64,000 nucleotides of DNA. Source: Candidatus Peregrinibacteria bacterium (GTDB taxonomy: Bacteria; Patescibacteriota; Gracilibacteria; UBA1369). The notes under the pieces were generated by a model, which saw only the letters and a list, made by a program, of their open reading frames with translations, was not told where the DNA came from and ran no database searches. Made by a program: the position numbers and the translations under genes. The DNA is taken from NCBI GenBank assembly GCA_963708185.1, contig OY970195.1, positions 992,001 to 1,056,000 on the forward strand, written 5' to 3'. How positions within the stretch are numbered: the first letter of the stretch is position 1; each line of letters opens with the position of its first letter. Below are positions 39,001-48,700 of this stretch, in pieces.

Positions 39001-39234
39001 GGAACCCTTGCTCCCGACGGTAAACCGAAAGTGACCTTCGGCGCTTCGGATCGTTTCGCCATGGCTGTTTCCCTGGAAGAAATCGTTCATCAACAAAGTG
39101 ACCCGAATAAACCTCACTGGGCGAGCGACGCGCAGATCCAGCAGCTTCAAGGCGTTATAACCTATCTGAAAGGACCGCGCGCCGACATGGAAGTCGCTGC
39201 CACAAGGATTGAGGGTATCATGGGCACCCACTAA
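33082..39234 (+). CDS. Giant 2050-aa protein: helical N-region, hydrophobic segment, HExxH motif and C-terminal Ser/Thr kinase
   Basis: Kinase motifs LGVGGLGEVW, VIKRP, HRDIKPEN, LIDVG and SDRFAMA; NHEATH at about 36721. Confidence 0.85.
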   Translation: MPEMFSAQQGEIGNVEAQAKTKKHETLQQELQERTTLYNKEVDDAGKIIENAEKNVNTPDAKKKVEGYKTDISGYLSQVAEKGREALAKDPDKSTTEIQSIAQLSSSLKSTVDTAKLYVPMFLDVEHSVNLSAKIAPEMVKAEKIQDAKPPLTRAQKYDIFTDLGNAIQDAMDPLASWRPDAMSPDMQKIFDVAFRPLNEAQATLGDYELDNLSEAEKKDPDLAKLKQSKDLFDGEQPNIKKVGELSDEAMNNMVISNDKREKDIAEMGKLADTALDNLTTALKTYNSIDKKNMNAQMVEYGTYFESLLPKINLQIKEMADVKLYVSTKSTVDGLTDEEKGCLEFGTDGIVRKTEKFKQLSPDKQQALMTKLTNLRLQIALEIDEKTAEESDKPVIEARKKLMDGNWIDAKQQLLSYYKENGSNPEKASRTAEVRGMLHGIAKLEIKQSTERLLAMKASLDTRFNNNPMGKSDTGTWTAQQDQLFVESMSRVLAKAEEMIDSGEVLTMEEAESKLRSMKFTPNTGMSQQAAVDQLDEMKKLSDDAVKEKQKKSLESTQDSIKSLQEAIKHAQERPNDVGLDGNPIGQNLEFMQKNLASYQSQLEAAQKMSPEDYHKFLEGRAEQNLRDAKFRNALAVFQGGFVTDGYGNRADNVYDMFKQQRLLNDPDPVKREANTLKLAKEARDHGLPALSRRLYDQYFQKEIDEQSNNVSRADIEKQFLGNSDNMKKIDKALAQWKDTFKEKTGKDPDQTQIDSARQAMISEMVGSAYSKAIKLKVHESFKGGTSERAKAWNEAYGGKIVVENFGQEGEGVDFKLAMISPTAALGKYVADYQAFYTDEEWNALPAKIGIMTAVTIASMGVAEGVVAVGGVAARTLLGESAIAALTGTVTESGATVGGSFAGRALAWGARTTLKGVAFGTTQGALNYVIQGDKSTFESPKAYFKAMGMSIATLGVLEAVGAGFGKLRQAVAATEMAGMTEEEIAQAAYMPKHIGETSWWTGESTAKNAARLGSRRLRGVPGPIGDAGWWIARTSAEGTALTGLNATEAWLGGQEYGMHEGVKAFGENFLFAAAITGTHEFMGPGVHEAPKTPDVSKETKVGDNFFSTFDRGVPENARKAGIPEGAEGWVDKEGKVHFNIDRLNTGKTTVAGTDGKPVERSIMAEGYKVSINTDGEFTVEGPDGKQMSLHEYEKAMKGTPYERTLLNTMVEIKNHEATHQVLEFGFTKVEVDSEGKPQRVPDTAKTKAFTDLFAKPGPGGNVPEGKIALVDNQGQPMEPTWQNIQEYLCQVGDGSVTVPKAQAEAMQGVIQEEIPGFTFERARNVATKLIAANPVEAFYRDEMAAKHVGKPWKKISSGADFNEALNTEKGQETNYKIAHEILMGYIYVLRTGDPAQIEAFKAGHEVFIDGKVLDTFAANYQKTVDFVTTKMSTIEGLQDLMKLEKSGKMSPSMREVYKRIASEGKMVKDLTSTRKADGTTKTPEEIRNDLAELRQQIEFHGVEVNKFSAKYLTATPEGMKILAEQPGGTDFIREAMRKGEVKDFANFPPEVKAKMRAEAEKVLTDRLTDAEMALQGKIAKAEKEISEKEARGEDTSNDHLKLGNIRDLLKTYQSVELSDPAKIDALLDKVEQQQPPSGYGEMPKLADIFFANSDRLNPDFLANILDGKMKYDTVDGPKGKEKVMFVEGRILGVGGLGEVWSTIEFKAGSNEGHEMVIKRPKNGLDISPNVKAEEALAHSVGDYDLMDESDQHIMIEIFNEFRTKAMKEPGGLERIQREIVAKLPRGQTTNDFFSMVTRMQAAYAESGNARLIMDHQAKGELNTFTKINGVSDSGIIFLESIANPKANYEVCDYEKIMSGEVTSLDGTKPIDQKQFWTGIVDVMHALADANSKGIVHRDIKPENFGVGPDGRIRLIDVGSIKTKNNIHDVGFFEVPKGNPMHYPVPNGVSEMYPNRGGITPGYYSGEIATAEAKGTLAPDGKPKVTFGASDRFAMAVSLEEIVHQQSDPNKPHWASDAQIQQLQGVITYLKGPRADMEVAATRIEGIMGTH

Positions 39235-39267
39235 TGCTTTGTAAATATTTAATTTTTATACCATACT

Positions 39268-39852
39268 ATGATCGAAAACACTGATCCACCAGCAATGGAA
39301 AAAAACGGTGAAAACCCGACCGACCTGACCAAGGTCATCCAAATTTTCAAGGACTGCCGCGACCGTTCGTTTCAACAGGTCCCCGGTGGCTACCCTCAAC
39401 CTGACGCGGAAAAGGATATTGCCATGCCGCTTGAAACCTACCGTACGGCATGCCAGACGGTCGAAGCCGAAGAGCTTTTGCCTCAGACGCTCATGAACAG
39501 ATTTCTGAAAAGCGTCGACAACGTTCCCCTTCCGAAGCTTGCCAAACGCTATCCTTCCGGTGCGAAAATATGTCTTGCTTTCGTTCCCGTTCAAATAAGA
39601 GGAGTTCCCGGCGTTGAGCTGCATATGCTTGAAGTTGATTCCAAAGGACTGACGAGAGGATATACTTTCGATCCAGGCTACTATTTTCTGGTACTTCCTG
39701 CGGAGATTCAAAGCAAGTGCACGTTCCGTGTACCGAACTATGAAAATTTCAATTATCCGACCGAAGCCGAACGTGATGAGTTAAAGAAACGACTTATCGA
39801 AGCGCTTGATAGCCTCAAAGCTCTTGTCGATAAAAAGAATAAAGCTGCATAA
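39268..39852 (+). CDS. Cassette 1 gene C, candidate immunity/partner protein (paralog of 52817-53371)
   Basis: RYPSGAKICLAFVP ... LPAEIQSKCTFRV matches RFPEGTHVLLAAFP ... LPKEIQDQCSFTV. Confidence 0.7.
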   Translation: MIENTDPPAMEKNGENPTDLTKVIQIFKDCRDRSFQQVPGGYPQPDAEKDIAMPLETYRTACQTVEAEELLPQTLMNRFLKSVDNVPLPKLAKRYPSGAKICLAFVPVQIRGVPGVELHMLEVDSKGLTRGYTFDPGYYFLVLPAEIQSKCTFRVPNYENFNYPTEAERDELKKRLIEALDSLKALVDKKNKAA

Positions 39853-39930
39853 CGGCTTTTTGAGCGCTTATCTGGCTTCTTTCAGGCAGGTTTGCTATAG
39901 TGGTCTTGCTCTAGAAGTTTTTCGTTGTGC

Positions 39931-40620
39931 ATGATCGTTTTTGAAAATGTTACAAAAAGGTACGGCCGCAATACGGTTCTGGATAAACTGAACCTGACAA
40001 TTTTGCGCGGCGAGTTCGTGTCGGTGATCGGCCCTTCCGGTGCCGGAAAGTCGACGTTGATCTATTCACTCATCGGAGCGGAAAAAGTCCAGCACGGCAA
40101 GATCAGCGTGGACGGCTTCGTGGTCAACCGGATGAATCCGCGCGCTTTGCAGTATTTCCGCCGCAGGATCGGCGTGGTATTCCAGGATTACAAACTGCTT
40201 CCTCAAAAAAACGCCTATGAAAACGTTGCCTTCGCCCTTGAGGTCTGCGGGTATGAAACCGCGGACATCAAGAAACGGGTACCCGAAGTGCTGGAGATCG
40301 TGGGGCTTCATGAGCATCACCGCCAGTTTCCGCACCAGCTTTCGGGCGGAGAAAAACAGCGTCTGGCCATTGCCCGGGCCCTTGTCCATAATCCGGGCCT
40401 GATCGTGGCGGATGAGCCGACCGGCAATCTCGATCCGGTGACGGCCAAAGGGATCATCGATCTCTTTCTGAAAATCAACAAAGAAGGCATTACCGTCATC
40501 TTGACCACTCACAACCATCTTTTGGTTGATCACATCCGCAAGCGCGTGGTAAAAATTGATCAGGGGAAAGTCGTGAGCGATCGTCAGCAAAGCGGATATC
40601 ATTTGGAAACACCAGCATAA
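39931..40620 (+). CDS. ftsE: Cell division ABC ATPase FtsE
   Basis: [31 protein letters not shown] and ADEPTGNLD. Confidence 0.85.
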   Translation: MIVFENVTKRYGRNTVLDKLNLTILRGEFVSVIGPSGAGKSTLIYSLIGAEKVQHGKISVDGFVVNRMNPRALQYFRRRIGVVFQDYKLLPQKNAYENVAFALEVCGYETADIKKRVPEVLEIVGLHEHHRQFPHQLSGGEKQRLAIARALVHNPGLIVADEPTGNLDPVTAKGIIDLFLKINKEGITVILTTHNHLLVDHIRKRVVKIDQGKVVSDRQQSGYHLETPA

Positions 40621-40624
40621 TTTT

Positions 40625-41695
40625 ATGGCTACCTACAAACAGTCAGGCGTTGACATGACCATGGGCGACAGATGCTCAGCTCTGGCTTATGAAGCGGCAA
40701 AAAAGACTTTCGTCAGCCGCAAGGGCATGTTCGGCGCGCCCGTCACCATGGACGGCGGGTTTACTGGCGCCCTGGATTTCGGAGACTTCTATCTCGTGAA
40801 TAACTCCGATGGCGTGGGATCGAAGATCGCCATCGCCGACGCCGTCGGCAAGTACAATACGCTTGGTTACGATCTCCTGGCTATGGTCGCCGACGACGCG
40901 ATCTGTGTGGGAGCCGAAACCATCGCCATTACCAACACCGTGGATACGAGCAAAGTAAGCATCAAGGTCATCAAGCCGCTGATGGAAGGCCTGAAAAAGG
41001 CCTGCATCGAGCAAAAGATCGTCATTCCGGGCGGGGAAATCGCCGAGCTTCCGGTGCTCGTCAACGGCAATACCTGGAACGCCAGCGCGGTCGGGATCGT
41101 TGAAAAAAATAAATTCATTACCGGCAAAGATGTGAAGCCCGGAGACAAGATCATCGGCTTACGAAGCCGCGGCTTCCGTTCCAACGGTTTCAGCCTGGTC
41201 CGCCATATCTTACAAAAAGAGTACGGTTCACGGTGGGCCAAAAAGTTTTACGACAAGAAACAAACCTGGGGAGCAAAAGTTCTTACGCCTTCCATCATTT
41301 ACTCGAACGCCCTGCTGGCGTTGCTCGGACGCTACAAAGAAAAACGTGCGTGTAATATTAAAGCTTTGGCCCATGTTACGGGCGGCGGCATCCCCGGGAA
41401 TATCGTAAGAATTCTGGGAAATTACGGTGCGTACCTTGATAATCTGTGGGGTCCTCACGACATGATGGCAAGGCTTCAGAAAATCGGAAAGGTTTCCGAT
41501 AAGGAAGCTTATGAGGTCTGGAACATGGGAACCGGCATGATGCTCGTCAGCAATGAGTTCGACAAGATCGATAAGGTTCTGGATGAGTTCGGTATTGATG
41601 CCCGCATCATCGGAGAAGTGACGAAAGAACGCGGCGTACGGCTCGTCAGCCAGGGCTATTTCCGTACCGGAAAAATGCTCGTTTTTGAAGATTAG
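40625..41695 (+). CDS. purM: Phosphoribosylformylglycinamidine cyclo-ligase (AIR synthetase)
   Basis: TYKQSGVD, DGVGSK, GGEIAELP, AHVTGGG and WNMGTGM. Confidence 0.88.
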   Translation: MATYKQSGVDMTMGDRCSALAYEAAKKTFVSRKGMFGAPVTMDGGFTGALDFGDFYLVNNSDGVGSKIAIADAVGKYNTLGYDLLAMVADDAICVGAETIAITNTVDTSKVSIKVIKPLMEGLKKACIEQKIVIPGGEIAELPVLVNGNTWNASAVGIVEKNKFITGKDVKPGDKIIGLRSRGFRSNGFSLVRHILQKEYGSRWAKKFYDKKQTWGAKVLTPSIIYSNALLALLGRYKEKRACNIKALAHVTGGGIPGNIVRILGNYGAYLDNLWGPHDMMARLQKIGKVSDKEAYEVWNMGTGMMLVSNEFDKIDKVLDEFGIDARIIGEVTKERGVRLVSQGYFRTGKMLVFED

Positions 41696-41780
41696 GATCG
41701 TTCTTGTAAAATTCGGCTGTATTGACATTTTTTGACTCCGTACTATATTACCTGCCAACTCTTTAACATATTTTATTTCT

Positions 41781-42143
41781 ATGGCAATGCGCACACCCTT
41801 ATCACTTGAAGAAATGAAAGAACTTCATGAACGGTTTCCTCACGAACCGATGAGCGAAGAACAAAAAATCGATTTTCGCGCGATGAGAGACAAGTGGGCT
41901 TCGGAAGGTCACCTTCCTGAAGCTTTTGAACCCAAAGATATCGAGGAAATCGAGGCCCAGGTCCGTACCCAGATCGGTTTCATTTTTGAAAAAGTCCGTT
42001 CTCACAAGTTGGGTGGTGAGGAGTTCGGAAAATTTTTCAAAGTCGTCGGCTACCTCAGAAAATCAAATCTGATCGGTGCGAGGCTCTATGAAGAGGCCAT
42101 GGAGGTTTTGAACCCGATGTTTCCGAGACCGCCAAAGGATTAA
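41781..42143 (+). CDS. Hypothetical protein
   Basis: 120-aa ORF with upstream TTGACA-N16-TATATT (41722-41749). Confidence 0.6.
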   Translation: MAMRTPLSLEEMKELHERFPHEPMSEEQKIDFRAMRDKWASEGHLPEAFEPKDIEEIEAQVRTQIGFIFEKVRSHKLGGEEFGKFFKVVGYLRKSNLIGARLYEEAMEVLNPMFPRPPKD

Positions 42144-42211
42144 ATTCAGGATATTTTTAGAAAAATTTTAAACGGCGTCAGCTATCATTGCTTCGCCGTT
42201 TTTTATTGATC

Positions 42212-43318
42212 ATGGAAAAATTCCTTCATGCCATCAACAGCGTCCCGGGCTGCCATTGGAAAATCATGCAAAGTCTTTGGAAACGTTTCGGAGACTGGGA
42301 ATACGTCTGGAAACACGCCGACCTGCGCGACATTACCGCTGCATTGAACGGAGAAACCGGCGGAAACCTTCGTCCGAGAATCACCGGACAAAATTTTGCG
42401 GGGCGGCTGGCTGAGTTTCGCTCGAAGTTCGATGCGGATGCCGAGTTCGCGAAACTTTGGGAAAAGGATATTGCGGTCGTGAGCCGACGAAATCCCGAGT
42501 ATCCGGAAAGCCTGCTGCACCTGCCCCAAGCACCTTTCCTGCTCTATCGCAAAGGAGCTCCTCTTTCACGTGATTTCCGCTATTTTGCCATGGTCGGTAC
42601 GCGTCACCCCAGTTCGTACGGGGAAAAAATGGCCTACGACATTGCGGAAGCTTTCGCGAGGTGCGGAGCCGTCGTGGTCAGCGGACTCGCCTTCGGCATC
42701 GATGCCGTCACCCATTTTGCCGCCGTTTCTTCAAACAAACCAACGGTAGCCGTCCTTGCCTGCGGTCTTTACGAAATCACTCCAACGGGGCACCGGTCGC
42801 TGGTGGAAGAAATACTACGCTGCGGGGGCACGCTGCTTTCCGAGTATCCGCCACATGACCCCGCGTATCCGGGCCGTTTTCTGGAAAGAAACCGCATTAT
42901 CGCCGGATTGAGCGAAGCGACTCTGGTGCTGGAAGCCGGAATGAAATCCGGAGCGCTTTCCACCGCCCGTCATGCGCTCGACTGCGGACGCGACGTGTAC
43001 GTTTTACCCGGAGATATTACACGATCGCAGGCTGAAGGATGTCTTGATCTGCTGGCAAAAGGAGCGATTCCCATCATCAATGTTCACCATCTTCTCCAGC
43101 AGCTGGGATTTTCTCCTTCGGCAAAAAGGCCGGCCGTAGTTTCCGATGAAGAAGCTCTGCTTTTGCAATGTTTGTCCGTTGCTCCGTTCAGCGCGGACGA
43201 GCTGTGCATGAAAACCGGTTTCCCCGTTGACCGCATGAACGTTTTGCTCACCGAACTGGACCTCAAAGGACTTATCTTCACGAACAAAGACATGCTGTGG
43301 GAAACGGCAGGTTCATAG
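42212..43318 (+). CDS. dprA: DNA processing protein DprA
   Basis: AMVGTRHPSSYG, VVSGLAFGIDAVTH, FLERNRIIAGLS and SGALSTA; C-terminal winged helix. Confidence 0.93.
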   Translation: MEKFLHAINSVPGCHWKIMQSLWKRFGDWEYVWKHADLRDITAALNGETGGNLRPRITGQNFAGRLAEFRSKFDADAEFAKLWEKDIAVVSRRNPEYPESLLHLPQAPFLLYRKGAPLSRDFRYFAMVGTRHPSSYGEKMAYDIAEAFARCGAVVVSGLAFGIDAVTHFAAVSSNKPTVAVLACGLYEITPTGHRSLVEEILRCGGTLLSEYPPHDPAYPGRFLERNRIIAGLSEATLVLEAGMKSGALSTARHALDCGRDVYVLPGDITRSQAEGCLDLLAKGAIPIINVHHLLQQLGFSPSAKRPAVVSDEEALLLQCLSVAPFSADELCMKTGFPVDRMNVLLTELDLKGLIFTNKDMLWETAGS

Positions 43319-43320
43319 CG

Positions 43321-45252
43321 CTACTCCACGATCGCGGTGACGCGATGGACCTCTTCGAGGGTGGTGATGCCTTTGAGGACTTTGAGGACCCCGTCTTCAC
43401 GCATCGTGAGCATGCCTTTGCGTCTGGCGGCTTCAATCATTTTGGTCGAACTTGCCTTGTTGAGAATGAGGTCGCGCATTTCAAAATCCACGTTGACCAT
43501 TTCCACGACGGACATTCGTCCTTTGTACCCGGTGTGGCTGCAGACGTCGCATCCGGGGGCTTTGGGAAGTTCGGCGGGGACGCTAAGACCCTGTACCGAA
43601 GGGCGGATTTTCATGATGATTTCGATCGTCTTGTTAAGTTCGTCGAGTTCGGCTTTGGGAACTTTTTCCATCTTCTGGCAGGCCGGACAGATCCTGCGGA
43701 CAAGACGCTGGGCGATGATGCTGTTGAGCGCCGGTGCGACCATGAACGGAGGGAGTCCGATGTTGATGAGACGCGGGATGGACTCGATGGCGCTGTTGGT
43801 ATGAAGCGTGCTCAAAAGGACATGACCGGTCAAGGCGGCCTGCGCCGCGGTCTCGGCCGTTTCAAGGTCACGGATTTCACCGATCATCACCACGTCGGGA
43901 TCCTGGCGCAAGATGGCGCGCAGTCCGCCGGCAAAATCGTATCCGCGTTTTTCGTTGATCTGGCTTTGCGAAATTCCCTTCAAATGATATTCGATCGGAT
44001 CTTCCAGCGTGATGACTTTACTTTCCGGCTTGTTGTACTTGTCGAGCATGGTATAGAGCGTGGTCGTTTTTCCGGAACCCGTGGGCCCGGTAATGAGGAT
44101 CATACCGTGGGAAATGTGGGTGAGGTGTTCAACGTGCTGAAGGTTTTCTCCCCAGAATCCCATTTCCTCAAAACTCACCAGTTTGCGCCCGCTGTCCAGA
44201 AGACGGCAGACGAAGGTCTCTCCATATTCCGTCGGAAGGTCCGACACACGGACGTCGACCTTGCGATCGTTGACGGTAAAGCTGTAGCGGCCGTCTTGCG
44301 GCTCGTTGTTGATGTTGAGTTTCATCTTGCACTGGTACTTGATCTGGTTGACGATGTTTTTGTAGGTCGGAATGTCCATTTCAAAAATTGTATGGAGCAC
44401 GCCGTCGATACGGAAACGGACGCGAACGGTTTTTTCTTCCGGCTCGAAATGCATATCCGAAGCTCCTGTTTTGAGAGCACCAACGCTGATGAGATAGACC
44501 GACTCTTCCGAACTTAATGTGGGAAGCTTCTCTTTGAGCTGTGAAAGCTGCTGGATTTCCTGTTCGTACGCTTTGATTTTTTCCTCCGACAGTCTGGTTT
44601 CAAGAACTTTTTTAGGTTTGTACTGTTCGCTCTCATAGAGGCGAGTCGCTTCAAGAATTCCCGCGTCGGACGCGAGGTTGATGTTCAATTCGTATCCTTT
44701 GTTGATAAGATCCTGGAGGACGGCTTTCGTTTCGGCGTTCTGAGGATCGGCGACCGCCACGCGGACCTTTTTCCCGATCTTGAAAAACGGCATGATCAAT
44801 GCCGATTTGGCCGTTTCAGGCGGGATGAGCTTGAGCAGATCCGGGTTAATCGGAGTTACGCCGATGTTGATGTACTGCATCTTCAATTCCTTCGCTTTTT
44901 CGATGGTGGCGCGTTCTTTGAAGCCGCGGTTGATTTTTTCGAGAGTTTCATCAACGGATTTTGGCGGCTCGTTGGAAGGCGGCATGTTGGGATTCTGCGT
45001 CGTTGCAGGAGCGGCCGTATTTTCCTGAGAGGGCTGTGCAGGCGGCTGTTTCCCCTGGGCCGCTTCGATGTCTTCCTGCATGGCCGGATTGGCGGTATTG
45101 ACGACACTGGCCGGCACCGGCGGCGGGGTTTGGGGTTGCTGTTGAGCGGCAGGAGGTGCGGGCTGTTGGGGCGCAGCCGTTTGCACGGCGGGTTGAGCAG
45201 CCGACATGTTCTGATTCGGATTTCCCTGATTGTTTCCCGGTTGATCTGCCAT
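43321..45252 (-). CDS. pilB: Type IV pilus / T2SS assembly ATPase (PilB/GspE) with a Q/P-rich N-terminal extension
   Basis: ASDMHFEP, RFRIDGVL, GPTGSGKTTT, LRQDPDVVMIGEIRD and Cys pairs. Confidence 0.88.
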   Translation of the reverse strand: MADQPGNNQGNPNQNMSAAQPAVQTAAPQQPAPPAAQQQPQTPPPVPASVVNTANPAMQEDIEAAQGKQPPAQPSQENTAAPATTQNPNMPPSNEPPKSVDETLEKINRGFKERATIEKAKELKMQYINIGVTPINPDLLKLIPPETAKSALIMPFFKIGKKVRVAVADPQNAETKAVLQDLINKGYELNINLASDAGILEATRLYESEQYKPKKVLETRLSEEKIKAYEQEIQQLSQLKEKLPTLSSEESVYLISVGALKTGASDMHFEPEEKTVRVRFRIDGVLHTIFEMDIPTYKNIVNQIKYQCKMKLNINNEPQDGRYSFTVNDRKVDVRVSDLPTEYGETFVCRLLDSGRKLVSFEEMGFWGENLQHVEHLTHISHGMILITGPTGSGKTTTLYTMLDKYNKPESKVITLEDPIEYHLKGISQSQINEKRGYDFAGGLRAILRQDPDVVMIGEIRDLETAETAAQAALTGHVLLSTLHTNSAIESIPRLINIGLPPFMVAPALNSIIAQRLVRRICPACQKMEKVPKAELDELNKTIEIIMKIRPSVQGLSVPAELPKAPGCDVCSHTGYKGRMSVVEMVNVDFEMRDLILNKASSTKMIEAARRKGMLTMREDGVLKVLKGITTLEEVHRVTAIVE

Positions 45253-45382
45253 ACAAAGTTACAGATATATCCATATATTTTAGCATAAAAGTGCTGAAAA
45301 GTTAAAGCCAAAGCATGCGTCAGGACATTAAATTTCAAAATGGTCAATTTTGGCTTTTAGACTTAAAAAAATGACTGAAATC

Positions 45383-45391
45383 TGGTATACT
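45383..45391 (+). promoter_or_regulatory. Extended -10 promoter of giant-protein cassette 2
   Basis: TGGTATACT upstream of ATG 45416. Confidence 0.45.
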
Positions 45392-45415
45392 TATAGGAAA
45401 AATAAAAACCAAAAT

Positions 45416-45736
45416 ATGGAAAAGAACGAACTTTACGAAAATTTGTTGACCGAACTGGACCGAAGCCTGGTCGTTGATGACAAAACCAGAAGCTACTGGC
45501 TCAAAAACTATAAAACTCTCCCAAAGACCGCGGTCGAACTTTTTTACGAGCAATTAAAAATGACCGACACCCGTGTGAACGTCTACATAGCCGCGGCCAT
45601 TGATGCCGACCCCAGTCTATCCGAAGAAATCACCCAAAAAGGGCGGGAAGCGAGAAAAAAACTTCTAAAATTTTTGGAAACGCAAAGCAATCAAGAAGAA
45701 AATCCTGAAGAGTTTCTCAAAACTCACCTCAAATAA
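45416..45736 (+). CDS. Small helical protein, cassette 2 gene A
   Basis: MEKNELYENLLTELDRSLVV aligns with MEERDPKIQLQAEIAKSLLL; 9-nt gap to the giant gene. Confidence 0.75.
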   Translation: MEKNELYENLLTELDRSLVVDDKTRSYWLKNYKTLPKTAVELFYEQLKMTDTRVNVYIAAAIDADPSLSEEITQKGREARKKLLKFLETQSNQEENPEEFLKTHLK

Positions 45737-45745
45737 TTTTTTTTC

Positions 45746-48700
45746 ATGCCGGAAATTTTTCAACCAGAGCAGGCAAAGATCTCGTCGGTCGAAAAAAAAG
45801 CAGCAGTGATCGACAAAGAGACCAAGAAAAAGACCAATGAACAACTGGAGTCGGAACTCCTGGCCAAGCACGACGTGTTTTTCAAGCAGGTGGATTCCAC
45901 CGATAAAACTTTCAAGGAAGCGGATAAACTCAAAACCGAGGAAGCGAAAAAGGCCATGGGGAAAGACAAACAGGAAATCAAAGATCTTCTTTTGAAAGCT
46001 GCCCAGAGCGGTGAGGATATCCTTGCGAAAAAGGAGGAAAATCCGAATCTGAGCACCATCCAGCAAAGCGCCGACCGGATTTCCAAACTGACCGGGACGG
46101 TTTCCGAAAATTTAGCTTTCTTTCAGGACATGGACAAAGCCGACGAATCCCTGAAACTTGCCAAAGATTCGCTGAAAGCGATAGAAACCTATGCGCCCTC
46201 TCCCGGCCAGGCCATGCCGGAACATGCCGTCGGATGGCAGAAACGTTATAAGTCCGAACTTCAAAACGGTCTCGCCAATCTCGGTGAGTTCGGCGCCGGC
46301 GGATACCTTGCAAAGTACCCGTCCATAAGTTCTCCAGAAATGAAAGCTGTCTATGACAAGATCAAAAAAGGGGCCGACGGCGCCATGGAGCATCTGACCG
46401 ACAGCCGCATGCGGTTTCTCGATAATTACGGAGATAAATTCAACACTGAATTCGACGACAAGGGAAATGAAAAACCTCTGAGCGAAGAACAGAAGAAGGT
46501 CATCAACAAACTCAAGGAAGTCCGCAATGGCGGCTCCGGCGGACCGCAAGGGGAATCGTACGACGGATACAGCATGATGATGTCCCTGATGTCCTCCGGC
46601 AAGATGCAGCTCGAAAGCGCCAAAACCGCTACCGACAACAAACAACGACAGGCTTTCCTGGACACCGCCAAAGAAAATTTCACGGATGCAAAGCATGACG
46701 CATATATCGTCGGATTTGAACTGTCCGGCATTGATGCCCAGAATCTCCCGGACGATTTCGCCGCCATTTACTACACCATGAACGGCAACAGTGCTTCTGT
46801 GCTCAAGGAAGCCGGAGATGAGCTCGATAAACTTGAAAAAGGCAATAGCCTCGTCGACAGCAAGGATGTTGTTGACTCCAGTGAAAAAGAGTATTCCGAA
46901 GGCGACGATTCACCGAAGAAAGCATACGAAACCGCTCTCAAGATCAGGGACGGCGTCATGGACGCCAAGGAGTTCGACCTCCACAGTCCACTGCTCGGCC
47001 CCACAGTTGAAAAGGCACTGACGAAACTGTGCGCGCTCAAAGGAAAGCTCACCCAGGTCGACCGCGCGACGTTGCCGCGCGAATATCAGGCCCGTTTTGA
47101 CGCATTGAGTTCAACGGTCGATGCCAACGTCCAGGAGCTGGCGCAGGTCCAGATGGTGATCAAGAACAACAAACTTACCGAGACGATCAACTCAAAGAAC
47201 GAATTCAACAAAGATGGGAAAGAGTATTTCAAGATGGTCAAAAAAGAGATCAACGGACAAAGCGTGGTGGTCGTGGAACAAACCGAAGAGTTCAAAAAAC
47301 TTCCGCCCGAACAGCAAAAAATTTTTCTTTCCCAATACGCCGCCGTTCCGGCCGAAGTCACTCTGGACCTCACGAGAAAAATGGACATGAAGGAGGACAA
47401 GGACTGGAACGAAGGGTTGGCGAAATTCGAAAACGGAGATTGGCAGGGAGCAAAGAAACAGTTGCTCAATTATTGCAACAAATTCAGCTCGAACGCCGAT
47501 AAGTCCGTCCAGGTCAGCTCGGCGACGAGTCTGTTGCAGGCGATCGTCAAAATCGAATTCCAACAGGCAAAGGAGAACTTCCAGACGATGGCGGATGTCC
47601 AGAGCGATCGCGGAGAGATCAACGGAGTGACGCGCGAAGACCTCGGTGTTTCCGTGCTTATGGGGTGGAAGAAAATCGACGCGGCAGAGGGGGTCATCAA
47701 TTCCAAAAAATGTCCGCTCACCATTGAAGAGGTCTGGAGCCAGGTCGGAAGAGCCGGCGGCAAGGATCTTGTGGTGGATGGCATCTCCTTCATGGACCCG
47801 CGCGTTCAGCAACGCATGCTGGCGGAACCCGACCCCGAAAAGCGTCGTGCCAACATCCTCCAGCTCGCCAAGGCGGCGCAGGACGCGGGCATGACTCCGT
47901 TCGCCAAAAAGTATTATGAAATGTACTTCAGCGAACAGATTTCCGAAAAGAAAAAAACGATCAGCCGCGACGACGTCGTCAAGGCTTTTGACAGCAAACC
48001 TGACAGCCAGGAACAGGTCCGCGCCGGCATTAAGGCGGCACACGAGCAGGCAAAAACGAAATTCATTACTGAACGGAACAGACGACTCGGCCTGAACGGT
48101 TACGTTGCCCTCAACCCGAACGATCCCGTCATCCTTGAGGAAAATAAAATCCTGGCAAAATGGGAAGCCGACTACTCAGCCAATAGCGGCGACATCGAAC
48201 AGCGGGTCCGCAACGGCATCATCGACGACCTGTGGACCAAAGAGGCCAAGAAAGCCGTGCATAAGGACATGATGTCCGTTCCGGACAACGTCAACCTCAA
48301 CGGTTCCAAGGAATGGAAGGAAGCATACAGCGGTCATTTCGGTGTGGCTGAAAACATCTCCGGATCATCACTGGTCTTCACTTCCGACGACATCCGCAAC
48401 ACCGCGGCTGAAATCGCGGTGGGCATTCTCTATCTGGAAATTGCCGCGGCCGCCGGCGCCATTACCGGCGGCATGGCGAGCGCCGCCATACTTGGCGGCG
48501 CTGCTGAAGTCGGCGCCGGCACGCTCTTCGCTTCCGAAGCGACCGGGTTCCTGGTCGAAGGCGCCGTGATGCATTCCGTAAGCGTCGGTCTGAACGAAGG
48601 CGCCGCGGGGTTCAAGGATACCGGCAAATTCATGAAAGGACTCGTCACAACGTACGCCACGCTGGGTATCATGAAAGGTACCGGCTCCGTTCTCGGGAAG

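Noticed and set aside
39931-40620. Dedicated ABC exporter for the giant proteins
   Set aside because: The sequence has FtsE signatures, and no permease or membrane-fusion protein is adjacent.
43297-44517. Long antisense ORFs (also 16470-17501, 29760-30959, 48430-49512, 8335-9402 and others)
   Set aside because: They are shadow frames overlapping well-supported genes and have no recognisable motifs.
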